Positions 8,030-18,516 of a stretch of DNA of 64,000 nt are shown one piece after another. The position numbers and the translations under genes are program-made. The notes under the pieces were generated by a model. The model saw only the letters and a program-made list of their open reading frames with translations, was not told where the DNA came from and searched no databases. The DNA lies in IMG/VR virus record IMGVR_UViG_3300042330_000854, positions 44,077 to 108,076 of that record; one strand, 5' to 3'. The stretch comes from a virus. The stretch's first letter is position 1; each line of letters begins with the position of its first letter.

Positions 8030-9463
8030 TTATTTAATGTTTTTCTTAAATTTTGGTCTTTTATATATTGAATTTTCTGGATAAGGATTTGTATTACTTC
8101 CAAATGGAATAGCAGATGATGCTACACTTGATGCGGTAGTTGATTCTTTTATTATTATATTATTTTTTTCAATAAAATTTAAAATTTCATCTTTAATTTT
8201 CTTTATTTGTGGATTCTCATCAAAATATTTTGATTGATTTATTGCTGTAAAACCAACCAAATCATTTTTATTTTTTATAATAAATTTTTTAAAATCAAAG
8301 ATGAAATTTTTATCTAATTTAGAATAATCTAATTCATTTTTAATGTTTAATAAAATATAATATAAATTTGTTATTTTATTAATATATGGATTATTTTTCA
8401 TTTCATTAATTATATTGGTAAATGAAACAACTTCTTCATTATTTTCTTTATCAATATATTTTGATATTTTTTTCAAATATTCACTACGATAAGCATTTGG
8501 ATCAATGGCAACTGTTAATGCTCTTTGAACTCGTTCCATTAATTTTAAAACAACATCTAATTTTTCTTCGTAACCTATGCCACCAGGGGCGCGGATTTCT
8601 AAATAACCCAAATCTTTAAATTTTCTAAAATTTACAGCTTGATATTTTTTTCCCATATTATCTAAAACCCATTGATTAGTAAATGAATTATCTTTTGTTA
8701 TTTCATCGTTTTTATTTTGTCCATTTAAATAACCATCCAAATCAGAAATTTTATTTGAAATTATTTTTGCATAACCATTACTTTCTCTATTAAATAATTT
8801 TACAACAAAAACATCATCAAAAAATACTAAAAATTTTAATAAATCAATTTTATCAAATTCAAATGTTCCAACATTTAAATGTAAACCTGTTGTTGAATTA
8901 GTTGATAAATTATCATCATCTTGAATCATAAAAAATATTTGTTCTAATGCAACTTTGGCTTCATTATAATTTAAAACAGGTGTGACAATTTCTCTGCCTT
9001 GTGGATTAATACTATCATCGGTAACAATTTGCCATTCATTTTGTTTTGGAAGTTCTAATTCTTCTAATTTATTTGTAAAATAAGTTTGTAAATTATGTTT
9101 GTTTTTGAATAAACTTAATTGTTCATAAAATAAATCATCAATTATTTCTTTTAAGTTATAATATTCATTAACATCATAAAAACCCCAATTAAGCATATTA
9201 TGCTCGCCATTATCCCAGGGAATCATATAACTTATACTTTTACTAATTAATGGCGTATCGGAATATTCAGCATACATTTTTTTAAATTTATCTTTTTGAC
9301 CACGAATATAAATGTCATAAAAATGTTCATATAAATCATCATCATCATCTACTTCATCTAAATCACAAGCTATTTCAAATTCAAACCCCCAAGTTAAATC
9401 TAAACTTGATTGATTTTTTCTGTTTTGTGCCATATTTCTTTCTTGTAATTGTATTAAACGCAT
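8030..9463 (-). CDS. putative amidoligase (COOH-NH2 ligase) family protein
   Basis: WGFEFEI, VTDDSI, GREIVTPVL, TNSTTGLHLNVG, KYQAVNF, LEIRAPGG. Confidence 0.8.
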   Translation of the reverse strand: MRLIQLQERNMAQNRKNQSSLDLTWGFEFEIACDLDEVDDDDDLYEHFYDIYIRGQKDKFKKMYAEYSDTPLISKSISYMIPWDNGEHNMLNWGFYDVNEYYNLKEIIDDLFYEQLSLFKNKHNLQTYFTNKLEELELPKQNEWQIVTDDSINPQGREIVTPVLNYNEAKVALEQIFFMIQDDDNLSTNSTTGLHLNVGTFEFDKIDLLKFLVFFDDVFVVKLFNRESNGYAKIISNKISDLDGYLNGQNKNDEITKDNSFTNQWVLDNMGKKYQAVNFRKFKDLGYLEIRAPGGIGYEEKLDVVLKLMERVQRALTVAIDPNAYRSEYLKKISKYIDKENNEEVVSFTNIINEMKNNPYINKITNLYYILLNIKNELDYSKLDKNFIFDFKKFIIKNKNDLVGFTAINQSKYFDENPQIKKIKDEILNFIEKNNIIIKESTTASSVASSAIPFGSNTNPYPENSIYKRPKFKKNIK

Positions 9464-10128
9464 TAACGGTTCCTCCTCAAATAAGTTGCACCAATTGCAG
9501 CTAACAATGCTTGTGTTTCTGGATTTTTATGATTTTTCAGCCATGTTTCTAAATTACCACTGCGACGAATGTTCTTTTTTAAATAATCAACTTCTGTTTG
9601 ATCGATCCCCATATTTTTTAATAAACGATAAATTTCATTACTATCCATATTTTTAGGTTGGGGATTTACATGTTTATCTCTAAAATTATCAGTTGAGTTT
9701 TGGCGAGTATTTTGTTTTGATGAATTATCACTTAATTCATCTTTTGCTGCAACTTTAGCGGCTCCTGTTTCAAAAGCTTTTTTAGCAATTTGTAATAATA
9801 ACTTTCTTAAATTATTATCAGAAATTTGATGTTGTTCAAACAAAACACTTTCGCGTAAATTTGATGTAATATATTTTAAAATTTTTTCTTGATCAGCATT
9901 AGTTCCAAGTTTTTTTAAAGCCTTATGAACCCAAGAATTAGCTTGGCGACGATCCATATCATAATGTTTTAATAAAAAATCAGCAGAAGCTTTTGCATCA
10001 TACGTAAAAGATTGTCCAGTATCAGTTGTATCAACGCCCAAATAATCTAAAATATCATTTATTTTTTTCTCATCATGCGAAAGTTTATTATAAATTTCTT
10101 CGGCTATTTTTAATGCATTAAATTCCAT
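9463..10128 (-). CDS. hypothetical protein (possible head protein)
   Basis: ORF in coupled operon; LRES motif. Confidence 0.6.
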   Translation of the reverse strand: MEFNALKIAEEIYNKLSHDEKKINDILDYLGVDTTDTGQSFTYDAKASADFLLKHYDMDRRQANSWVHKALKKLGTNADQEKILKYITSNLRESVLFEQHQISDNNLRKLLLQIAKKAFETGAAKVAAKDELSDNSSKQNTRQNSTDNFRDKHVNPQPKNMDSNEIYRLLKNMGIDQTEVDYLKKNIRRSGNLETWLKNHKNPETQALLAAIGATYLRRNR

Positions 10129-10646
10129 TATTTTTTACCTTTTAACATAAGTTCTTGTAATTCGCGCGCAATTAACATTTTTTGTTTGTCAGTGTAATTT
10201 TGTTTTTTTAAATGCTCTAATGTAGAATAATTTCTTTCTTGTGGACCTTTATCTGGTTGTTTTACTTGATTATCTGTAAATTTAGGTTCTGTTTTTTTAA
10301 TTTCTTCTGAAGGTTTATTTTCTGAATTATCAGGTTTATTTTCTAATTCATTATCGTCATTAGTTTTTGTGTTATTTTCTTTTTCAGATGAATTATTTTT
10401 AATTGCATTTATAACAAATTTTTTATCAAACCCAATTTCATTAACTAAAAAATTAGCTAAAGTTTGATAATCTTTATATCCGCCAGTTTGACCTAAATAT
10501 TTTTTATATTTGTCGTACATTGTAGTTGCTAACATTTGAGCATCTAATTTACCTTCTGCATTTTTACTACCTAATTTACTCATGGCACTTAAGCCACGAG
10601 TTTTTAAATTTGTCATTAATGCATCCCAAAACCCTTCGTTTAGCAT
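10128..10646 (-). CDS. hypothetical protein (possible head protein)
   Basis: Starts MLNEGFWD. Confidence 0.6.
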   Translation of the reverse strand: MLNEGFWDALMTNLKTRGLSAMSKLGSKNAEGKLDAQMLATTMYDKYKKYLGQTGGYKDYQTLANFLVNEIGFDKKFVINAIKNNSSEKENNTKTNDDNELENKPDNSENKPSEEIKKTEPKFTDNQVKQPDKGPQERNYSTLEHLKKQNYTDKQKMLIARELQELMLKGKK

Positions 10647-10918
10647 TTTTTCTTTCCTTTTATTAATTTAGCTTCATCTATTTTTACCTGTTGTAATTTT
10701 CTTACAACTTTATCAACATCATTTTGATCGATTGCGCGAATTAATCTTCCTAAAATATCTTGACTATCTTCGCTATTATAATTTTCTTGTATGTAGGTTT
10801 TTAAGTTTTGATAAGCAGCAATCAAATTAATTGATTTTTGTTCAATAAAAACATCTTTATCGCAAAAATTTTGTCTGCGATCTAATTCTGCTAAAATACT
10901 CTCAAATTTATTCGCCAT
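10640..10918 (-). CDS. hypothetical protein
   Basis: Coupled ORF. Confidence 0.65.
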   Translation of the reverse strand: MANKFESILAELDRRQNFCDKDVFIEQKSINLIAAYQNLKTYIQENYNSEDSQDILGRLIRAIDQNDVDKVVRKLQQVKIDEAKLIKGKKKC

Positions 10919-11174
10919 TTTTTAAATCCTGTAAAGCATTATCAATAATTTCATTTAATAAAACAACAGCTTTAATAAAACCTTGTTGTTCTTCTAATGT
11001 CATAGTTTCGTCGTAAAATGAATTCATTTTATCTTTTATCATCTCTAATTTTTCATACTCAGGATTTATTTTTGTTTCAATGGGTTTTTCATGTTCATGA
11101 TGCACAAACAAATAATCATCCCAATCTTCGTAAAATAATTCCTCAATTATTTGATTTACATTTATATCAGTCAT
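10908..11174 (-). CDS. hypothetical protein
   Basis: ORF preceded by TAAATA. Confidence 0.6.
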   Translation of the reverse strand: MTDINVNQIIEELFYEDWDDYLFVHHEHEKPIETKINPEYEKLEMIKDKMNSFYDETMTLEEQQGFIKAVVLLNEIIDNALQDLKNGE

Positions 11175-11195
11175 ATTTATTATTTAAAATATTTT

Positions 11196-12518
11196 TTATG
11201 TTCTTGCTAATTTAATCTTATCCAAGATACTAGATGATTGATTATTTTGTAATATTGGTTGATTATTAGAATTTTGATTGTTTGGATCAGTAATAGTTTC
11301 ATCTACATTTAAAATTCTCATTGTATTTGGATCATAACCAAAAGTTAAACGATCACCTGTGCAACCACTACTGCGAACTTTTAAAAATTCTAATTGCATT
11401 TTACCATTAATTTTCATAACTTGAGTAGCATGAATACCAAATAAATTATCAGCAGTATTCACTTTGCTCATACCACCTGCGATATCACTATGAGAAAAAC
11501 TATCACCTTGTTTTTCAACACTTCCACGATTAAATTGACTTGCTGTAACTAATGGAATATCTAATTCACCTGCTAAAGCACGTAACTCTTCACAAACAAA
11601 TTTATCTTTAATAAACAAATTGCCACTATCAATTTTTTTATCATTTGGATACATTAAGTCCAAATAATCAACTACTAAAACATCTGGTCGAACATTATTT
11701 TGTATTTCAAATTCTTTTACTAAACTTCTTAATGTATTAGTTGTTGTTCCTGCTTCTGGCATTTTAACAACTTGAATTCTACCAGCTTGTTTACCTTGTA
11801 ATGCAACTTTTAATGCAACTGAATTTAAATTTTTGAAAATTTCTTTTGTTGGAGTTTCTGTAAACATTGTATCTAAACGTAAAGCAATTAATTCTTCAGA
11901 TAATTCCAAACTAATATAAATTACATTCAATCCATTTAATGCCCAATTTAAAGTTAGGTTTTGTAACCATAAACTTTTACCTACACCTGAGTTAGCTGCA
12001 AAGATGTTTAAAGAGCCTTTAGAGAAGCCACCATAGAGTTTAGTGTCTAAGGCGTCATAATATGTAGGAACCATGTTATCGCGCTGTAACATGCCTTCAA
12101 GGCGGTTTAAAGGGCTATCCCAATAATTAATACCCATAGTTCGTTGTAAGGAAATTGAAATTGCTTCTTTTATTCTTTTTTCAATTTCAGAATATTTTTC
12201 TTCATCTAATAAATCAACGCTATCAAGAATAACTTCTTTCATTGCTTGATAACGAGAAAATTTTTCAATATTATCCAAATACCATTCTCGATTTAATACA
12301 CCTGAATTAGTTGGAATCTGGGTATTAGTTTCAGCATAAATTTGTTCTCTTGAAGGTAATGATTTATATTGTTCAGTATAAGTTAAAATATATTTTAATG
12401 AATTTTTTACTTGTTGATCCCAATGTTTAAAATTTAAAATACTTTGACTTCTTAGAAATAATTCTGGATCATCTAACATATAAGATAAAAATATTTTTTG
12501 TGTTTCTAAATTAGCCAT
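11196..12518 (-). CDS. replicative DNA helicase (T4 gp41/DnaB-like)
   Basis: Walker A AANSGVGKS, YISLELSE, VVDYLDLM, VTASQFNR, LEFLKVRSS. Confidence 0.95.
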   Translation of the reverse strand: MANLETQKIFLSYMLDDPELFLRSQSILNFKHWDQQVKNSLKYILTYTEQYKSLPSREQIYAETNTQIPTNSGVLNREWYLDNIEKFSRYQAMKEVILDSVDLLDEEKYSEIEKRIKEAISISLQRTMGINYWDSPLNRLEGMLQRDNMVPTYYDALDTKLYGGFSKGSLNIFAANSGVGKSLWLQNLTLNWALNGLNVIYISLELSEELIALRLDTMFTETPTKEIFKNLNSVALKVALQGKQAGRIQVVKMPEAGTTTNTLRSLVKEFEIQNNVRPDVLVVDYLDLMYPNDKKIDSGNLFIKDKFVCEELRALAGELDIPLVTASQFNRGSVEKQGDSFSHSDIAGGMSKVNTADNLFGIHATQVMKINGKMQLEFLKVRSSGCTGDRLTFGYDPNTMRILNVDETITDPNNQNSNNQPILQNNQSSSILDKIKLART

Positions 12519-13509
12519 CTTTTTTCTCCAAATATTTTATTATGTTTTTTATTGTTACTTTGTTCATTGTTGCATGTTGTAATAAAGAATAAACTGTATA
12601 TATTCTTCCCATTGTTGTTGCTGCTTGATTTGCGTCTTTTATATTATCTTCCCAATAACAATTTTGTTTTGGATTTAAACCCGGATAACTTATACCAAAA
12701 TTATATTTTAATGCTTGCTCACATAATGGAATTCCTGATTTTTCTGCATCGGGAACAATAATAATTCTCTTATTTGAATTTTTTAATTGTTCAATTTGGT
12801 TTTCATTCATTTGATTACCCATTATTGCAACACCATTAATACTCATTGCATCAAACACGCCTTCAGTTACAAAAATTGTTTTTATTGGGGATTTAAGTAT
12901 ATCTTGATTGAATAAATTCTTATCTTCATAATTTGCAAAATATTTTGGTGTTTTGTTTAAAACTGTTCTACCAATCCAACCAACAGTATCCATATCTTTT
13001 ATTATAGGGATGATTAATAAATCAGGATAAGTTTTGCTCCAATAAAGTTTTGTATTGTCCCAATCGGGGATTCTATTTAACCAACTTTCTACTACTTTTT
13101 CTGATTCTAAAACTTCATTTTGAATACAATTGAAAATTGATACTGAATCTTCTGGTAATTTAAAAATTTTATTTGATTGCTTTTCTTGATTGAATATGCT
13201 AGTTTGAGGTAATAAAGTTTTTAAATTGAGAAATTTTATTTCTTGATCTGAAATACCCAAAGCACTCATAAATTGTTTTAATTTTGTTCCTAAACGACTT
13301 CCAGGTTCATAACCTGTTACAAAACCACAATTAAAACAATGTATGCGTAAAGAACCAGCTTGATGTTTAATTCCACAACGAAATCTTTTATCTGGTTTCT
13401 TTTGTCCACCTAAAGTAGTACAAACCGGACAACAAATATTATAACCATAAGATTTTCTTTGTTTTGCTATTGGTAAATGTTGTTCAATTGTTTGATATAA
13501 TGAAGTCAT
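12511..13509 (-). CDS. DNA primase (T4 gp61-like; Zn finger + TOPRIM)
   Basis: CCPVC...HCFNCG Zn finger; VTEGVFDAMS; IVPDAE; KDAN. Confidence 0.9.
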   Translation of the reverse strand: MTSLYQTIEQHLPIAKQRKSYGYNICCPVCTTLGGQKKPDKRFRCGIKHQAGSLRIHCFNCGFVTGYEPGSRLGTKLKQFMSALGISDQEIKFLNLKTLLPQTSIFNQEKQSNKIFKLPEDSVSIFNCIQNEVLESEKVVESWLNRIPDWDNTKLYWSKTYPDLLIIPIIKDMDTVGWIGRTVLNKTPKYFANYEDKNLFNQDILKSPIKTIFVTEGVFDAMSINGVAIMGNQMNENQIEQLKNSNKRIIIVPDAEKSGIPLCEQALKYNFGISYPGLNPKQNCYWEDNIKDANQAATTMGRIYTVYSLLQHATMNKVTIKNIIKYLEKKDG

Positions 13510-13575
13510 AAAAATAATATATATAAAAATTTAAATTAAACCAATATGAATTTTAAAAATATTTGAGAGGTAAAA

Positions 13576-13905
13576 ATGACATACGTTTACTATGTTGATG
13601 GTGAAAAATTTACAACCGATAATTATGATGATATTCCTTGGGATGATATTTCTTCACCCAATGAAAATACACCAGCGTTTGAAGATTTATCAACAGGTGA
13701 AAAAATTTGGTGTGAAAAAGGGTATCGTTGGCATCGATTAACTGGACCGGCGTACTTTGATAATGATAGATTTTGTTTTTGGCTAAATGATAAAGAATAT
13801 GAAAATATTGAAGAATGGATAAAAGATCATCCAAATCCCGATCTATACTTTGATGTATTAGGTTTAAATGAAACCGAAAGAGTTTTGTGGTTTTTACAAA
13901 ATTAA
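13576..13905 (+). CDS. HRLTGPA-family protein, copy 2 (tail A)
   Basis: SSPNENTPAFE...HRLTGPA...HPNPDLYF...ETERVLWFLQN. Confidence 0.9.
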   Translation: MTYVYYVDGEKFTTDNYDDIPWDDISSPNENTPAFEDLSTGEKIWCEKGYRWHRLTGPAYFDNDRFCFWLNDKEYENIEEWIKDHPNPDLYFDVLGLNETERVLWFLQN

Positions 13906-13919
13906 ATTTAAAAAACTGC

Positions 13920-13948
13920 TTGACAAGAATTAAAAAATTTTCTATGTT
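13920..13948 (+). promoter_or_regulatory. early promoter cassette
   Basis: TTGACA-17-TATGTT with AAAATTTTC. Confidence 0.75.
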
Positions 13949-13974
13949 GGTTTTATCAAGTAAGAATTAATTCA

Positions 13975-14076
13975 AATGGACAATATTATGGGATGTTAGA
14001 AGATTTTTTGAAAGATAATCCAAATAAAAATAGAATTTTTAAAATAATAATGAGATTGAAATATAAAAATGTATAA
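13975..14076 (+). pseudogene. C-terminal remnant of an HRLTGPA-family gene
   Basis: Translates NGQYYGMLEDFLKDNPNKNRIFKIIMRLKYKNV*, matching the family's LNG..Y...WLKDHPNQ...F...M.LKY tail; no start/SD at its 5' end. Confidence 0.6.
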
Positions 14077-14695
14077 TATTACTAATGAAGAATTATCAAC
14101 TGCAACATATGTAAGTTTAGATCAATCGTATGTTTATTGGATGTTGAACAATGAATTTTTTCATAGAGAAAATGGACCAGCAGAAATTATTACTATAGAA
14201 AAAACAAATAGTAGACAATTTTTATTTTATCTGTATGGTCAACATTATGTCACTATTGACGAAAATAATCCTATTAATGATCAAACTTTACATAATTTTA
14301 ATCGTTATCTAAAAAATATTCCCAATCAAAATAAAAAATTTCAAAAAGAAATGATTGAAAAATTTGTATATAATTTTTCAAATAACAAAATGGATATTAT
14401 TTATTGGACTAAAAAAGGAAGATTTGAAACTAATGATGTAGATAATATTCCTTGGAATGAATTACACTCACCAAATGATCTTCTGCCTGCTTATGTTTAT
14501 TATCCTAATAATTATAAAGAATGGCGTTCAAACGCCAAAAAACATCGATTAACTGGACCAGCAATAATTAACCCAAATGGAAAGATCATATTTTATCTTG
14601 ACGGTATAAAATATGATTCTTTAGAAGAATGGCTATCAATTCATCCAAATCAAAGTGAAATTTTTAAAAAAGAAATGATTAAACGATGGAGTTAA
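14069..14695 (+). CDS. HRLTGPA-family protein, copy 3 (two domains in tandem)
   Basis: HRENGPA...IPNQNKKFQKEM, then HSPNDLLPAY...HRLTGPA...HPNQSEIFKKEMIKRWS. Confidence 0.85.
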   Translation: MYNITNEELSTATYVSLDQSYVYWMLNNEFFHRENGPAEIITIEKTNSRQFLFYLYGQHYVTIDENNPINDQTLHNFNRYLKNIPNQNKKFQKEMIEKFVYNFSNNKMDIIYWTKKGRFETNDVDNIPWNELHSPNDLLPAYVYYPNNYKEWRSNAKKHRLTGPAIINPNGKIIFYLDGIKYDSLEEWLSIHPNQSEIFKKEMIKRWS

Positions 14696-14697
14696 AC

Positions 14698-14723
14698 AAA
14701 AGAGGGTAATTTCCCCTCTTTTT
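14698..14723. terminator. bidirectional terminator
   Basis: AAAAGAGGG-loop-CCCTCTTTT. Confidence 0.75.
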
Positions 14724-15514
14724 TAATATGTTAATAATTTTATTTCTGGAACAGTATTTCCATGATATTTAAATCGAACAAATTCAAAACTACCAGAAAT
14801 TTCATAGCCTGTTGTTCCAGTTGAACTTTCATTTATTACTAAATCATCATTATCATCAAATGGATTTATGTCTAAATCAAACCAATCACTGTTACCCATC
14901 GGGTCTAATGTTGCTTGCATTGTAATTGTACCAATAAAATTATCCAATGTTATTTGAACTGATTGAACAGTTTTATCATACCATGCTTTAGCAGCCCCAG
15001 GTAATTTATCGCTCGTCCAAACAATTGTACTCATTTCAAGCACATCGGATGAAATCCAATTAAATGTTTTGGGGAATAATGTTTTAGGTGCTGGATTTTT
15101 AATTAATTCTAACCATCCGCTTGTATTGTTATTTTGATCAGTATAAAGATAAGTTTCAATACCATCGTTTATTAATGAAACATGATAAGAAAGATAACCT
15201 AATTCCCAATTTACAGTATCTGAATTATCGATAATAATTGAAACTTTGCCTTCGTAATCGTTTTCAACTGTCATAGGTTTTTCAAATATAACATAATTTA
15301 ATTTTGGTTGAACTATCTTAAAAATAGGAGTTTGACCTAATAAATTAACAGACTTTCTATCTGAATTTTTAACAAAAAATGTTAATTTATTATGTTGGTT
15401 TTGCAAGAGTTGAAAATCAACTCTGTTTAAGGGAGAGTTATAAAGCATATTTGTTGTTTCTAATAAAAATAAAAACCCCACTTTTGGTTTTTGATAAATA
15501 GTTTGAATTATCAC
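14723..15514 (-). CDS. probable virion (baseplate/neck-associated) protein
   Basis: Beta-rich; TATAAATA just upstream of GTG start. Confidence 0.55.
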   Translation of the reverse strand: MIIQTIYQKPKVGFLFLLETTNMLYNSPLNRVDFQLLQNQHNKLTFFVKNSDRKSVNLLGQTPIFKIVQPKLNYVIFEKPMTVENDYEGKVSIIIDNSDTVNWELGYLSYHVSLINDGIETYLYTDQNNNTSGWLELIKNPAPKTLFPKTFNWISSDVLEMSTIVWTSDKLPGAAKAWYDKTVQSVQITLDNFIGTITMQATLDPMGNSDWFDLDINPFDDNDDLVINESSTGTTGYEISGSFEFVRFKYHGNTVPEIKLLTY

Positions 15515-15536
15515 TAATTATTTATAGGTTTTTACA

Positions 15537-15920
15537 ATGAACATAGACAAAATTTTAGAACAACATCCGTTTTTATCTTATGGAATATATGCAGAACAAG
15601 AAATCTTGGGAATTATCCAAGATTCAAGTGCTTTAATTATAAGCATTTACGATATTTCTAAAATCAAAGATGAAGAATCAAGATTAAGATTTTTAGAATT
15701 AGGAAATATATGGTGGTGGGAAAGTAATCGCTTAGACCCAATCGATATATTTGTTAAAAAACAATTTGAAGAATTTTATTATTGTTTAATTCATTTAAAT
15801 CAAAAAGAATTTAATTTAATAAAAGGACATGTTGTTAGTTTAACAGATGTTTGTTATAATCGTAAAAAAAGAAAAACATACATTAGTTTATCTGGTTCAA
15901 CTCATCAAAAGAAAAATTAA
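15537..15920 (+). CDS. hypothetical protein (WWWESNR motif)
   Basis: ORF with AGG SD. Confidence 0.7.
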   Translation: MNIDKILEQHPFLSYGIYAEQEILGIIQDSSALIISIYDISKIKDEESRLRFLELGNIWWWESNRLDPIDIFVKKQFEEFYYCLIHLNQKEFNLIKGHVVSLTDVCYNRKKRKTYISLSGSTHQKKN

Positions 15921-16470
15921 TTTTATATTTATTACAAAAATAATAAATTTCTTTTTTATTTTTAAAATACTCAATATGTGGAATATTAATATTTTTTATA
16001 TTAAACGTATTCTTTGGTATTGTTAAATTTTCATAGATAAATTCTTTTTTAAAATAATTTAAAAAAGAATTATAAAATAGTCTTCTTTTAAAAAAACTTC
16101 TAAATCTTTGTTCAGGAATAATAAGAGAGTTTAAATCAGGTTTTATTATTTTGTTATTAACTGTATTTGCCCATTGATTTAAAGAAAATGATATTTCTCT
16201 ACTTAAAATAGAATTTAATTCGTTTTGTCTTTTAAGACCAAATACATCAAATTGTTTTAATAACAAATTTGTTTCATTATAATTTAAATTTTTACTATGT
16301 AACTTAGCAACAAATGTATTTTTTATTTCTTTTAATTTTAACAAAATATTACTATAAGAATCATTAAAAAATTCTTCTTTATTTTCAATATTAAGATTAT
16401 TTGATAATATTTCACATAATATTGATGAACCAGAACGAGGATAAATTGTAAAAATTAATATATTTTTCAT
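15883..16470 (-). CDS. sulfotransferase-like protein
   Basis: PRSGSS PAPS-binding-like loop; EEFFN; LKRQN..SILS; YEN. Confidence 0.55.
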   Translation of the reverse strand: MKNILIFTIYPRSGSSILCEILSNNLNIENKEEFFNDSYSNILLKLKEIKNTFVAKLHSKNLNYNETNLLLKQFDVFGLKRQNELNSILSREISFSLNQWANTVNNKIIKPDLNSLIIPEQRFRSFFKRRLFYNSFLNYFKKEFIYENLTIPKNTFNIKNINIPHIEYFKNKKEIYYFCNKYKINFSFDELNQIN

Positions 16471-16471
16471 A

Positions 16472-16777
16472 TTAGCTGTATTTTAAAAGCATTTCAACTT
16501 GGAATGTATTGTCTTGATTAGGGTGGTCTTTTAACCAAGAATGAATATTATTAAAATAATACCCAGATAACCAAAATTGTACTCTGTCGTCAGTATAAAT
16601 AACCGCTGGGCCAGTTAATCGATGATAAATTCTTCCTTTTTTACACCAAAATTTAAATCTTGATTCTTTTTCATAAGCAGGTGTACTTTCATCAGGTGAT
16701 GATATTTGATAAATAATAATTTCACTGGGATAATTTGTTGTAAATTTTTCACCATCAATATAATAAATATATTTCAT
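16472..16777 (-). CDS. HRLTGPA-family protein, copy 4 (tail B)
   Basis: SSPDESTPAYE...HRLTGPA...HPNQDNTFQVEMLLKYS. Confidence 0.9.
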   Translation of the reverse strand: MKYIYYIDGEKFTTNYPSEIIIYQISSPDESTPAYEKESRFKFWCKKGRIYHRLTGPAVIYTDDRVQFWLSGYYFNNIHSWLKDHPNQDNTFQVEMLLKYS

Positions 16778-17187
16778 TGTTTAAGAGCCAACAAAACAGG
16801 CATTGTATCATCTTTAAAATAAAATCTATAAATTGTTTTAACTGTAACATAAGCATGAGGGTCTTTATCTAAATCTAAAGCTTTATCGATTTTGAATCCC
16901 CATTTATTACAATCTTTAACATCATCAATGATAAAAATTTCACTATCATAATAATAAGGAGATATAAAATCTTTATCAAAATTTTTAAATCTTCCATCGT
17001 TTAAATTTAGTTCATTTAGGTTTAATGAAATAATGGTAATATCATTGATGGTTTTATTAGTAATTTCTTTTTCTTTAATTTTATATTTTAATATTGATTT
17101 ATCAACATAACGGTCAATATACATTGTATGTTCAAATTTTTTAAAATCTAATAATCCAAAACTTCCAAATGTAAAATACTTGCTCAT
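16774..17187 (-). CDS. hypothetical protein ending YRFYFKDDTMPVLLALKQ
   Basis: Coupled ORF. Confidence 0.7.
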   Translation of the reverse strand: MSKYFTFGSFGLLDFKKFEHTMYIDRYVDKSILKYKIKEKEITNKTINDITIISLNLNELNLNDGRFKNFDKDFISPYYYDSEIFIIDDVKDCNKWGFKIDKALDLDKDPHAYVTVKTIYRFYFKDDTMPVLLALKQ

Positions 17188-17762
17188 TGTTGTTCCTTTA
17201 ATGTTGAAAGTTGTATTATAATTGCAGCAGCATATGCAAACGCATGTGATTTTTTAAATCCAACATATCCTTCTTCTACTTCCCAAATTTTATTTGAAAA
17301 TTCTTCATTAGTTAAATTACTGTTAATTAATTTTTGTCCCCAAGGTCGAATTATAGCTAAAACTAACGCTAAATCATCAATTGATTTTGGTTTAAATTCT
17401 TTTAATAAATTAGCATGTTCATGAATATGAAATAATTGTTCTACAATTTCTGGATATTCAAACAATTCCCATTCATCGAAGGTTTCCAATAAAAGTCTTT
17501 TATTTTTATTTTTTAAATTTTCATACGGAACGGGATTATTAAGAATATCTAATTTCCAATAACCTCGTTGTTTGGCTTCTTGATAATCAAAAGAACATAA
17601 ATTTGTTTTAAAATCAGCAGAAATTCTTTGAACATGAATGCCAGGGCCATGTTCAATTAAAATGTCATCTTTTTTTCTACTTGCATTTACATGTGGTATT
17701 AAAGATAACAAATGCTTACGATCTAAAACATCTATGTCAATATCTGGTAAATTACAAGTCAT
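17184..17762 (-). CDS. DNA polymerase III alpha (family C) catalytic fragment B
   Basis: PDIDID catalytic motif, HGPG, KLDIL, PKSIDDLALVLAIIRP, FKKSHAFAYA. Confidence 0.9.
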   Translation of the reverse strand: MTCNLPDIDIDVLDRKHLLSLIPHVNASRKKDDILIEHGPGIHVQRISADFKTNLCSFDYQEAKQRGYWKLDILNNPVPYENLKNKNKRLLLETFDEWELFEYPEIVEQLFHIHEHANLLKEFKPKSIDDLALVLAIIRPWGQKLINSNLTNEEFSNKIWEVEEGYVGFKKSHAFAYAAAIIIQLSTLKEQQ

Positions 17763-18198
17763 TATCTACTACCAATTTTGGTGAGAATTTTTTTGGTGTT
17801 TTAGGCCATTGAACATGTAAAGAAACATTAGCGTTAAAAATAACATCAGTTTCTTTTAAACGTTGAATGTTTAAACAATCAATATTTACATTTGTATGTT
17901 CTTTTAAAATACAAACATAACTTGTACAACAAAATAGAAAATCATCTAAGTGTTCTTTTGAAGTTTTATTTTTTAAAAATTCTAATGTGGAAAATACTAA
18001 TATTCCAGTATGATTTTTGGGTGTTATATCAGACCATTTTTTAACATTTTGATAATTAATATTTCTTTTTGCTAAATCAATAAGAAAAAAATCATCAATA
18101 TCTTTTCTGGTATGCCAAAAATCAATTAAATTTTGTTGAACATGAAAATTTGATTTTTGATTTATTTCGTGATCTTGTAATGTAATAAAAAAACTCAT
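17752..18198 (-). CDS. hypothetical protein
   Basis: ORF with AAGGA SD. Confidence 0.65.
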   Translation of the reverse strand: MSFFITLQDHEINQKSNFHVQQNLIDFWHTRKDIDDFFLIDLAKRNINYQNVKKWSDITPKNHTGILVFSTLEFLKNKTSKEHLDDFLFCCTSYVCILKEHTNVNIDCLNIQRLKETDVIFNANVSLHVQWPKTPKKFSPKLVVDNDL

Positions 18199-18207
18199 TG
18201 TTTATCC

Positions 18208-18516
18208 TTAACTATATTTTAATAACATTTCTACTTGAAAAGCATTATCTTGATTTGGATGTTCTTCTAACCAATCCTTAACATTATTATATCTTTTATT
18301 GTTTAAATCAAAATATTCTATTCCGTCACCCGCAATAACTGCTGGTCCCGTTAATCGATGACAACGCCAACCTTTTAAACACCAAAATTTAAACCCATTT
18401 GATAAATTTTCATAAGCAGGCGTACTTTCATCTGGGGAAGAAATATCATCTAAAGGAATTTCATAATAATTATCGGTTGTATATTTTTCATCATCAACGT
18501 AATAAATAAAATTCAT
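18208..18516 (-). CDS. HRLTGPA-family protein, copy 5 (tail B)
   Basis: SSPDESTPAYE...HRLTGPA...HPNQDNAFQVEMLLKYS. Confidence 0.9.
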   Translation of the reverse strand: MNFIYYVDDEKYTTDNYYEIPLDDISSPDESTPAYENLSNGFKFWCLKGWRCHRLTGPAVIAGDGIEYFDLNNKRYNNVKDWLEEHPNQDNAFQVEMLLKYS

